DNA of 40,000 nucleotides from Microcoleaceae cyanobacterium (GCA_051652765.1 JBOFUV010000008.1:1-40000), one strand, 5' to 3'; counted from the first letter of the stretch, positions 21,001-28,196 are shown. Numbers and translations are program-made. Notes: generated from the sequence alone by a model not told the origin.

Positions 21001-22137
21001 GATCGTAGAGCATTACCAGAACCAGATTTAACCAATTTTAAGACTGAAGGTCAGTTTATTCCTCCTAAAAATGAAGTTGAGCATCAATTAGTCAAGATTT
21101 GGATGGAGTTGTTAGGGATTAATACGATTGGAGTCAGAGATAACTTCTTTGAGTTGGGAGGACATTCACTACTCGCACTAAAACTTATTGGAAGAATTCA
21201 ACAGGAATTCAATCATCATTTTCCTCTGGCAACATTTTTTACTAATCCTACTATTGAAGACTTATCAACTCTACTCAGAAATCCAATAGAGGTTTTAACA
21301 GAGTCTTTGAGTGACTCGCCTCTCGTTTCTATTCAATCTCAGGGACAAAGAGACCCTTTTTTCTGCATTCATCCTGCTGGGGGCCATGTTCTATGTTACG
21401 CGGGCCTGTCTCATTATTTAGGGAGTGAACAGCCATTCTATGGCTTACAAGCTCAGGGGTTTAATACAGGAGAAACTGTTCTTGAAACTGTTGAAGAGAT
21501 GGCAAGTCTGTATGTGAAAGCCATTCGATCATTTAAACCGGAAGGCCCTTATAAAATAGGAGGTTGGTCATTTGGAGGAGTTGTCGCCTATGAAGTCGCT
21601 CAGCAACTAACTCATCAAGGTCAAGTAGTTAATTTACTCGCAATTTTTGATTCCTATATCCCTATTTTGTTGGATAAAAACAAGAAGATTGACGATTCTT
21701 ACTTGGTAGGGGTTTTATCTCGTGTATTTGGTGGAATGTTTGGACTAGATAACCTAGTAAACCCTGATGAGCTAGAAGGATTAGTTCTTGAAGAAAAGAT
21801 TAATTTTATAATTGAAAAAGCTCGACAAGCTGGAATCTTTCCACCAGAGGTAGAGCAACAGGATAATCGACGAATTCTAGATGTTTTAGTCGGAACTTTA
21901 AGAGCAACATACGCTTATCAACGGCAGCCCTATTCCAGTAAAGTCACAGTTTTTCGAGCGCAGGAAAAGCATGTTATGGCTTCTGATCCTCAGTTGGTCT
22001 GGGTAGAATTATTCTCAGTTCTAGATGCACCAGAAATCGAAGTTGTTAATGTACCTGGAAATCATTACTCTTTCATCCTAGAACCCCACGTTCAAGTTAT
22101 TGCAGAGCGCTTAAAACCTTATTTAAGTGCAATTTAA
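18067..22137 (+). CDS. mysE: Non-ribosomal peptide synthetase, C-A-T-TE (MysE-type, with an extra N-terminal condensation-like domain)
   Basis: ATG 18067 gives 1356 aa. C-domain motifs: 'LTPIQQINWFL', 'NRHSSLQTIY', 'LHQLSGDWES'. A-domain motifs: 'LTYKELNQRANQLA', 'YVIYTSGSTGNPKG', 'FSFDVSVWE', 'NLYGPTE', 'YKTGDL', 'GRIDSQVKIRGFRIELGEIE', 'PNGKVDR'. PCP motif 'FFELGGHSLLA' (Ser codon 21166-21168). TE motif 'GGWSFGG' (Ser codon 21568-21570). Confidence 0.9.
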   Translation: MTQSVSSTTLLPLTPIQQINWFLYQISPEELNDKVALAIQIHSPINHEKIRKAFQVLINRHSSLQTIYREYNGQVIQEICSEKRVDLQKVSCNHFSQIELSQHLLQLIKQPFNLAQDSPLRIHLVNSPEQDSILLLALHQLSGDWESLLILADELLTLYYSEAEDLEQCLPKLQANYKDWIQQQLDYLKSSQLPKSEDYWKKQLAGDLPILKLSSNTPLPTLRSYIGKTHTFSIDENLTQQLQQLATQLEVDLQILLLTAYKILLYQYTGEKDILVAQLLTCRNNLSKLVIGNCTNAIVLRDSINDDLSFSDIITQVSQTLKEAINHQSYPFSLLVQGLQVPGNSSHSPLSQAAFTYYEISHLKYILKLFEGLDSQQSLCQNQPEFKYFELLQRKVEFDFSLDCIFLKKSILVHFSYNQSLVSVQIAISFSQHFQNLLRSLVTSPEQSVNQLSILDKSERKQVLIEWNQTERNYDLSKTLQEWIEIKVEKVPELTAVIFEDQSLTYKELNQRANQLAHYLIKLGVKPETLVGICVERSVEMVVGLLGILKSGGAYIPLDPSYPIQRLAFMLEDTQVPLLLTQKKFVDQLPQHQAKVICLDIIWEILVQEPDINPIHKAIPENLAYVIYTSGSTGNPKGVMNTHRGVCNRLLWMQEEYQLGLTDRVLQKTPFSFDVSVWEFFWPLMTGAALVIAKPEGHQDSHYLVEIIVKWQITTLHFVPSMLQVFLEENLSQCKSLKRVICSGEALPFDLQTRFFTQLNCELYNLYGPTEAAIDVTFWRCQPNSLFNIVPIGFPVANTQIYILNSGLQPVPVGVPGELHIGGVQVARGYLNRPQLTIEKFVPNPFTKGSNFLYKTGDLVRYLPDGTIEYLNRIDSQVKIRGFRIELGEIEHRLTQHSQIREAVVAVRNNQSGEKLLVAYVVPTQELQVQDSAHDHLVTESLNPKLLRQFLKQKLPEYMVPSAFIILSSLPLTPNGKVDRRALPEPDLTNFKTEGQFIPPKNEVEHQLVKIWMELLGINTIGVRDNFFELGGHSLLALKLIGRIQQEFNHHFPLATFFTNPTIEDLSTLLRNPIEVLTESLSDSPLVSIQSQGQRDPFFCIHPAGGHVLCYAGLSHYLGSEQPFYGLQAQGFNTGETVLETVEEMASLYVKAIRSFKPEGPYKIGGWSFGGVVAYEVAQQLTHQGQVVNLLAIFDSYIPILLDKNKKIDDSYLVGVLSRVFGGMFGLDNLVNPDELEGLVLEEKINFIIEKARQAGIFPPEVEQQDNRRILDVLVGTLRATYAYQRQPYSSKVTVFRAQEKHVMASDPQLVWVELFSVLDAPEIEVVNVPGNHYSFILEPHVQVIAERLKPYLSAI

Positions 22138-22197
22138 GTACATAAGGAGCAACGCTCTAATGTTCATGATTCAAATGAGGTTGTTACAGAATTGAAT

Positions 22198-23028
22198 CTA
22201 ACTCAAGAGTTTGTTAAAGCACGACGTAATTAGATTTTCTGCTTGATGAATTAGAGAATCGTCTACCTTAACTTGATATCCCCTCTGATTATTAATTTCC
22301 TGAGCGATTTGCCAAAGGTTAGCATTTCCCTTTCTGGCTCCTAACCCCTGAATTGCACATTCGATTTGCCTAACTCCACAATCTAAACCAATCAAAGACA
22401 TTGCAACTGCTTGCCCTAAATCATTATGACAATGAACAGAAACGACAACTTGATCAATTTTAGGAACTCGAGTAAAAATAGCACTTAATAAAATCAGAAA
22501 GGATTCAGGAGAAGCAACCCCTAAACTATCAGGAATAGTAACAATTTTTGCTCCGCTTTGAATGGCAAGCTCAATTGCTTGACAAAGAAAATCCAAGTCA
22601 CTTCGAGTTGCGTCAAAAGCACTCCATTGAACTTCATCACAAGCATCTTTTGCTAATGAAACGCTAGTTTGAATTGCTGATAAAACCGTTTCAGGTTGCG
22701 TTTGCTTGCCAGAAGCTTTAAGGTTAACCAAGGTGTAAAGGTTGATGCGACTATACTTTGCAGTTTCTAATGCTTTTGCAAGTTGATAAATTTCAGGCTC
22801 GCGAGAACCTGATAAACCGCAGATCGTTGACCGCTCAACAACTTTTGCAACTTCTACCATTGCTTGAAAGTCTTGAGAATACTGTCCTGGATAACCAACT
22901 TCAATCACTCCAATGCCAGCAGATTCTAAAAGTTGAGCAACCTTAACTTTCACCGCGACATCAAACCTCACTCCTGGCATGAGTTCTCCATCCCGTAAGG
23001 TCGTATCAAAAAGCGTTATTGGAATCAT
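22198..23028 (-). CDS. Stand-alone DRE-TIM metallolyase (2-isopropylmalate/homocitrate synthase-like catalytic barrel only)
   Basis: 276 aa. 'LFDTTLRDGE', 'IEVGYPG', 'IPDSLG', 'VHCHNDLGQAVA' and 'GLGARKGNANL' match LeuA/NifV barrel motifs. There are no linker or regulatory domains. Only 60 bp separate its stop from the convergent NRPS stop. Confidence 0.75.
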   Translation of the reverse strand: MIPITLFDTTLRDGELMPGVRFDVAVKVKVAQLLESAGIGVIEVGYPGQYSQDFQAMVEVAKVVERSTICGLSGSREPEIYQLAKALETAKYSRINLYTLVNLKASGKQTQPETVLSAIQTSVSLAKDACDEVQWSAFDATRSDLDFLCQAIELAIQSGAKIVTIPDSLGVASPESFLILLSAIFTRVPKIDQVVVSVHCHNDLGQAVAMSLIGLDCGVRQIECAIQGLGARKGNANLWQIAQEINNQRGYQVKVDDSLIHQAENLITSCFNKLLS

Positions 23029-23104
23029 TCCTTCAGATCAAACCTGCAACATTTAAGGTACGGCGGCCTGACAGATCACCCCCAATAAAGCCTTCTCCTC
23101 AACG

Positions 23105-23878
23105 CTAAGATCGCTTTTTTCCAGTTGGAAACTGGTTAATGTGAGCAGATCCATAAAAGATAACAGAGTCATTTTGAATCCTCAGACGATCAACCCGGAG
23201 CTGGGTTCCTTCAAGGGCAAATTTATCTAAATCTAGCAAGCTGTTAACGTGTTCAACTAAAGCTTGGCTCAGTTCAATTGCTTCTGCTTCACCTCGATGA
23301 GTAACGTTAACAAACTGAATCTTTCGACGCTCTTGAACTTCAACTTCTGTGATGAAGTCTATCGGAATTAACGAACCAGACTCTTTGAGCTGAATCAGGG
23401 ACTGAACTCGGAGTTGCTTCTCTGGCGTAACTGTCATCTCTGTATTGTTAAAGTCTAGGGATTGCCCTTGATATTGCAGGCGCTGGAGCTTGTCTTTGAC
23501 AAAAGGAGTATTGAATGAATCGGTTAAGTCTGCCTCAGACAGGACGACTCGCATACTTGCCTGGGTAGGCTGCCTAAGCTTGACCTGCCCGGTAAAAATT
23601 GCACCAAATTCAATCGATACAGCTTGTAAGTAAAGCTCCATCACGGCAATCCGTAACCCGTTGTACATCAACATGCCACTGCCGAGGAAATCAAAGCCAT
23701 CGATACTGCCCTGAAGCAACTTGGTAACAGGTTCAGCACGAACATTGGCCTCAACTTTCTCAGATCGCTTAAACAAGGCTGCAATTGCTGCGCCCACGGC
23801 CCTACTGACTAGACGATCACCGCCTTGAGCCTGAAAAGGAGTACTTCCTAGCAAAGTGTGTACCATTCCTTTACTCAC
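23105..23878 (-). CDS. DUF2993 (LmeA-like) domain protein
   Basis: 257 aa. The pattern 'VRAEPVTKLLQGSIDGFDFLGSGMLMYNGLRIAVMELYLQAVSIEF...ASMRVVLSEADLTDSFN' matches my recollection of cyanobacterial DUF2993 proteins. The family name is unverified. Confidence 0.55.
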   Translation of the reverse strand: MSKGMVHTLLGSTPFQAQGGDRLVSRAVGAAIAALFKRSEKVEANVRAEPVTKLLQGSIDGFDFLGSGMLMYNGLRIAVMELYLQAVSIEFGAIFTGQVKLRQPTQASMRVVLSEADLTDSFNTPFVKDKLQRLQYQGQSLDFNNTEMTVTPEKQLRVQSLIQLKESGSLIPIDFITEVEVQERRKIQFVNVTHRGEAEAIELSQALVEHVNSLLDLDKFALEGTQLRVDRLRIQNDSVIFYGSAHINQFPTGKKRS

Positions 23879-24386
23879 TCATTCATTCACACCGCTCATT
23901 ATAACTCTTCATAAAGATTTGTTAAATGTTTTTGCCAAACGTTTACAGCAGGACATGAGTGTTCAAGGCAGTTTCTCTAACGCTTTTGATCAGTTTGAAA
24001 GGAGTTTTCCTCTGAGTTTAGTTCTTTTTTAGCTTTCTTCTCTATCTGATAAGTTATATTAATCTACCATTCCTGAACTCGAGTCTAGCTCCCTCCCACC
24101 GGGCATTTCACACTATCCCAAATTTGTTTCAACGGGCAGACGCTTACTCAAGGCTTGCCGTTGAACCAAGGTTATCCATAAAGGTTATCCGTGAAATCAT
24201 TAATTTTTGTTAAATAACTATTTTTTGTAAAATTCGATACAGAATTTAGTATACTAAGGCCATGAGACAAAAATCCTCGTTGTTGTGTATTTCACTGATT
24301 CGGAAGAACAGAGCGACGAGTTGGGCTAGGCCAATTTTCTAGCAACTCTCAACCCATTTAAAACTTCATCCGGGGAGGAACCTATT

Positions 24387-24581
24387 ATGAATACTCAAGA
24401 TCAAGCTCGTGCTTTAATGATGCGTCATCACCACCTCGTTAAGAACCGCCAACAATCTTTGCTCAATCGCCTTGCTACAGAAGTTGGGATTGAAGTGGGA
24501 GACTACCACAGTACAATTCAAGGCAAGCCCAGCGAAAACTTCCGAGCTGATTATGAGCGCAGCGGCTCCACAATGAGTTAG
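24387..24581 (+). CDS. Small hypothetical protein (64 aa)
   Basis: Strong SD: ggagg lies 8 nt before the ATG. Basic, His-rich N-terminus 'MMRHHHLVKNRQQ'. No recognised family. Confidence 0.5.
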   Translation: MNTQDQARALMMRHHHLVKNRQQSLLNRLATEVGIEVGDYHSTIQGKPSENFRADYERSGSTMS

Positions 24582-24872
24582 GGTAAAAGACCCTTAACGT
24601 GAGCCATAGCAGTCCTAAAGTTGATGTGTGAGAGATGTGTGAGAATTGCAGGGCCAGAGATTTGCGGATGGGTTCAAAGGGTTCATTCGCAAATCTCTGG
24701 TCAAAAAAAGTTGTATGACCGTACTGTAGTTTCACAATTCAAAGTAGATTGGTGTGGTCTGTTCTTGATAGAATGACTGGGAGCTTATTTGTTTGCAAGC
24801 CTCCTAGTTTCTTTGCTTGTCTAGTTTTCCCTTGCTACGCTGGGGCATGGACTATCAGAAATTAGTGAACCT

Positions 24873-25435
24873 ATGACTGATCAGTTTTTCGAGAAGCCGA
24901 TTCTCAACTCGCCCTATGTGTATCCTGCTCGACACTGGGAATTGGATGAAGAGGGTCAGCCCACCAACAAAATTATTTCTCGACTGTCAGTTTCACGACC
25001 TCGAAAGCAACGCGATGGCAGACTGACCCGCGCCGCTGTCAGATTAATTGGGTGGTCTGTGATAGTGATTGGGAAGCGGAGTTTTGCCGGATGGCGGAGG
25101 CGCATCCGCATGTGCGGGCTTATGTGAAAAATCAAAACTTGGGGTTGGAGGTGCCGTATTTGCATGGTTCGGTGCAGCGCAAGTATTTGCCGGATTTTGT
25201 GGTGCAAATTGAGGATGGGCGTGAAGATTTGCTGAATCTGATTGTGGAGATTAAGGGGTATCGGGATGAGGATGCGAAGGAGAAGGCAAGTACGATGCGG
25301 ACGTATTGGATTCCGGGGGTGAACAATTTGGGTGGGTTTGGGCGATGGGCGTTTGCTGAGTTTACGAAGGTGTTTGAAATTGAGGCAGAATTTAGTCAGG
25401 TGGTGGAGAGCCTGATTGCGAGTTCAGCAAAGTAA
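24873..25435 (+). pseudogene. res: Type III restriction enzyme Res subunit remnant (N-terminal about 37 codons joined to the C-terminal about 128-codon nuclease module; helicase core deleted)
   Basis: 'MTDQFFEKPILNSPYVYPARHWELDEEGQPTNKII' (24873 frame) is the conserved Res N-terminus. A different frame from 25052 encodes 'VCDSDWEAEFC...AYVKNQNLGLEVPY...YLPDFVV...LIVEIKGYRDEDAKEK...GRWAF', the conserved Res C-terminus. Only about 60 bp separate the two parts. Confidence 0.7.
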
Positions 25436-25451
25436 CTGGGAGGGATTGACG

Positions 25452-26027
25452 ATGACAATCGCAGCGTTGCCGACTAAGACGTATACGCCTGACGAATATT
25501 TGGCGCTAGAAGTTGCGTCAGAGGTTCGGAATGAATATCACAATGGAGAGATTGTTGAGATGACGGGAGGAACACCAACTCATAATGAACTGATTCGAGC
25601 TTTGACGGTTATTTTCAGCTTAGGGTTGCGGGGGCAGCCGTATCAGTTGTTTTTGGCGGATCAGCGGCTGTGGATTCCTGAGCGCCAGATTTATACTTAC
25701 CCGGATGTGATGGTTGTACCGCGACCTGTCGAGCTTCAGTCGGGACGCAAAGATACGGTGATAAATCCGGTTTTGATTGTGGAGGTGTTGTCTGATTCGA
25801 CGGAGGCTTATGACCGGGGTGGGAAGTTTGAGGCTTATCGCACGATCGAGACGTTTCAGGAGTATTTGTTAGTTCATCAATCGCAACGGCAGGTAGAGCA
25901 GTATGTCAAACAAAGTGCGAATCAATGGCTGTTTACTGAGTATGGTGGGGAGGATGTACGGGTGACCTTGGCGACGGTGGCGGTTGAGTTTGCGGTCAAA
26001 GAACTTTATGAAAATGTTGAGTTTTAG
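25452..26027 (+). CDS. Uma2 family endonuclease (DUF820)
   Basis: 191 aa from ATG 25452, with RBS gggagg upstream. 'YTPDEYLALE...EYHNGEIVEM.GGTPTHNELI', 'PDVMVV' and 'LIVEVLSDST' give the typical Uma2 PD-(D/E)xK layout. Confidence 0.8.
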   Translation: MTIAALPTKTYTPDEYLALEVASEVRNEYHNGEIVEMTGGTPTHNELIRALTVIFSLGLRGQPYQLFLADQRLWIPERQIYTYPDVMVVPRPVELQSGRKDTVINPVLIVEVLSDSTEAYDRGGKFEAYRTIETFQEYLLVHQSQRQVEQYVKQSANQWLFTEYGGEDVRVTLATVAVEFAVKELYENVEF

Positions 26028-26036
26028 GAGAATGAG

Positions 26037-26246
26037 ATGCTGAAAAGTTATGAAGCGGTTTATGAAAATGGACAGATTCAATGGTTAGAAGAATCACCTC
26101 CGGTACGGTCTGCCCGTGTGATTGTGACGGTATTGGAAGAGGCAGCGCTACCTGAAGTGAAACGTCGAACGTTTCCAACTAATTTGGCAGGGAAAGTGGA
26201 AATTTTAGGAGATATTGTCAGTCCGATCGTGGATGAAGAGGATTGA
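26037..26246 (+). CDS. Small antitoxin-like protein (AF2212/DUF104-like), apparently shortened by 5 codons
   Basis: 'AVYENGQIQWLEESPP..ARVIVTVLEE' and 'ILGDIVSPIVDEED'. The stop TGA 26244 is followed in frame by E-C-L-K-TGA. Confidence 0.55.
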   Translation: MLKSYEAVYENGQIQWLEESPPVRSARVIVTVLEEAALPEVKRRTFPTNLAGKVEILGDIVSPIVDEED

Positions 26247-26260
26247 GAATGTCTGAAGTG

Positions 26261-26536
26261 ATGAAGCCATTGCGCTGGAATGGTGAGAAGAATATTCAAC
26301 TACAAGCAGAAAGAGGAATTAACTTTGAAACGGTTTTAAAAGCGATTGATGACGGAAAGGTTTTAGCGACGATTCAGCATCCCAATTTAGAGAAGTATCC
26401 ATCTCAGAGAGTTTTTATCATTGAAATCAATCAATATGTCTATTTGGTGCCGTTTGTAGAAACGGATCAGGAGATTTTTCTCAAAACAATCATTCCCAGT
26501 CGCAAGATGACCAAACAATATTTAGGAGACCAATAA
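26261..26536 (+). CDS. BrnT-like (DUF497) toxin
   Basis: 'MKPLRWNGEKNIQLQAERGINFETV...YVYLVPFVETDQEIFLKTIIPSRKMTKQY'. Alternative in-frame starts are ATG 26249 and TTG 26243. ATG 26261 overlaps the downstream in-frame TGA (26259-26261) of the upstream gene's extended frame. Confidence 0.6.
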   Translation: MKPLRWNGEKNIQLQAERGINFETVLKAIDDGKVLATIQHPNLEKYPSQRVFIIEINQYVYLVPFVETDQEIFLKTIIPSRKMTKQYLGDQ

Positions 26537-26537
26537 T

Positions 26538-26810
26538 ATGCCGTCTTTAGATGCGGAAGAACAAGACATTCGAGACTCTGTGGAAAACGGTGAATGGCAA
26601 CCTGTCTCGAATATGCAGGGAGAAATTCAACGATATCAGCAGTATGCCCAAGCGCAATTGGAGACTTTGGAAGAAGTCAGAGTTCAGCTTTCTGCTCAGG
26701 ATGTCCGATCGCTGCATGAGTTAGCGCAGCAGACAGGAACGTCTGTATCGCTGTTGGTTTCTAGCGTGATCCATCAATACGTTACCCGTCAGTCTTCTTC
26801 GCAGTCCTAG
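26538..26810 (+). CDS. BrnA/CopG-like ribbon-helix-helix antitoxin
   Basis: 90 aa. 'LDAEEQDIRDSVENGEWQPV' N-terminus and 'VRVQLSAQDVRSLHELAQQTGTSVSLLVSSVIHQYV' (RHH-like). It starts 2 nt after the toxin stop. Confidence 0.6.
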   Translation: MPSLDAEEQDIRDSVENGEWQPVSNMQGEIQRYQQYAQAQLETLEEVRVQLSAQDVRSLHELAQQTGTSVSLLVSSVIHQYVTRQSSSQS

Positions 26811-26828
26811 TTATCAAGAGTACCGTTT

Positions 26829-28125
26829 ATGCCTCCTCGTCAACCGAAATCCAACAGTTCTAAGAAAGTCGAAGCGCTGAACCACACGGAAGACAAGCGC
26901 AAGAATATTCTGACGGCAGAATATCAGTCTGTCATGGCGGAGGAAGAGAAAAGCTCAATTCGAGTGGCCTATGAGTGCCGCAATCGCGATCTCGATCCGC
27001 GGTTGGTGTGGCGGGGCAAGGATGAGCAGGATTGGAGTGATTTGGTGGTGAGTGCGCCGCCGTTATATATCCAGGAGAAGGTGCATCCGAAGGTGTTGGT
27101 GAAGGATTTGCGGCGACAAAGTGCGGAGCGAACTGAGGCGGTAGAAGATAAGCAGCTTGATTTGTTTGCGGATTTTAATGGCTTACCCAAGGGAGTAACG
27201 GGCACAGAGTTTTATCAGCACGATGCCAACTGGACGAATCGGATGATTTTGGGGGATAGTTTGCAGGTGATGGCGAGTTTGGCGGAGCGGGAAGGGTTGC
27301 AGGGCAAGGTGCAATGTATTTATCTCGATCCGCCCTATGGGATTCGGTTTAACTCGAATTTTCAATGGTCTACGACGAGCCGTGATGTGAAGGATGGCAA
27401 GGTGGATCAGATTACTCGTGAACCGGAACAGGTGAAGGCGTTTCGGGATACTTGGCGGGATGGGATTCATTCTTCTCTAACTTACTTAAGAGATCGGTTG
27501 ACGGTTGCTAGAGATTTGTTTACGGATAGTGGATCAATCTTTGTGCAGATTGGTGATGAGAATGTGCATCGAGTGCGATCATTAATGGATGAGATTTTCG
27601 GGGAGGAGAACTTTCAAGCACAAATATCTTTCAAGTCAACTAAGCCCTTGGGACAGAAAGGATTAGCTAAGGTTTATGATTTTTTGATTTGGTACTCCAA
27701 AGATAGTCAAGCAATCAAATTTAGAAATATTTTCAAACTTAAGGATATTAGTGACGATAAAGAGTACCGCTTCTACGAGGATACTCCTGGCTATCAATGT
27801 ATTACTCGTTTATCAGAACAGGAATTCAAGCAACTACCCAACCCTAATAGAGTTTACAGAAGGCAAAAACTCAATTCATCTGGATTTACTCCAAGTTGCA
27901 CTTATGATTTCTCGCTTTTCGGCAAGGATTGTAAGCCGTGGGGTGGAAAAAGTTGAGCGACTAATCCGCAGGGAATGCAAAAACTTATCAGAGCAAATCG
28001 TTTGTTTCTTTTAGGTGATAGTCCTTACTACAAGAGGTATTTTGGCGATGCTCCAATGCAGCAATACAATAATTGCTGACGGATCTTTCAGGTGGAGATC
28101 CACAGCTTTATGTAGTTCAAACAGG
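26829..28125 (+). pseudogene. mod: Type III DNA methyltransferase Mod subunit, inactivated (nonsense, frameshift, 3' truncation)
   Basis: 'NRMILGDSLQVM' and motif IV 'IYLDPPYG'. An in-frame TGA at 27954 is followed in the same frame by Mod-like 'ATNPQGMQKLIRANRLFLLGDSPYYKRYFGDAPMQQYNNC'. One missing G near 28077-28079 shifts the frame, which then reads 'TDLSGGDPQLYVVQT'. Similarity ends near 28125. The AdoMet motif I (DPxxGSGTT-type) is absent. Confidence 0.75.
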
Positions 28126-28196
28126 GATGTCCCGTGCTGATTGGAAAACCCTGTATCTGAATTTTTGGTCAGTAGCCATTTGGGAAACCTTTGGCT

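Noticed and set aside
24654-24700. The 13-bp inverted repeat as a canonical rho-independent terminator.
   Set aside because: It is followed by an A-run, not a T-run, on the plus strand. On the minus strand the T-run precedes the stem. It is kept only as an unexplained inverted repeat.
26244-27956. TGA read as Trp (recoding), or genetic code 4, as an explanation for the in-frame TGAs.
   Set aside because: Many well-supported genes in the window terminate at TGA at the expected length (for example atpF at 4036-4038), and cyanobacteria use the standard code. Nonsense mutation is the simpler explanation.
27751-28014. 87-aa ORF in the mod region.
   Set aside because: It is out of frame with the recognisable Mod sequence. 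The Mod-like reading continues in the original frame past the TGA at 27954, so this ORF is a by-product of the pseudogene.
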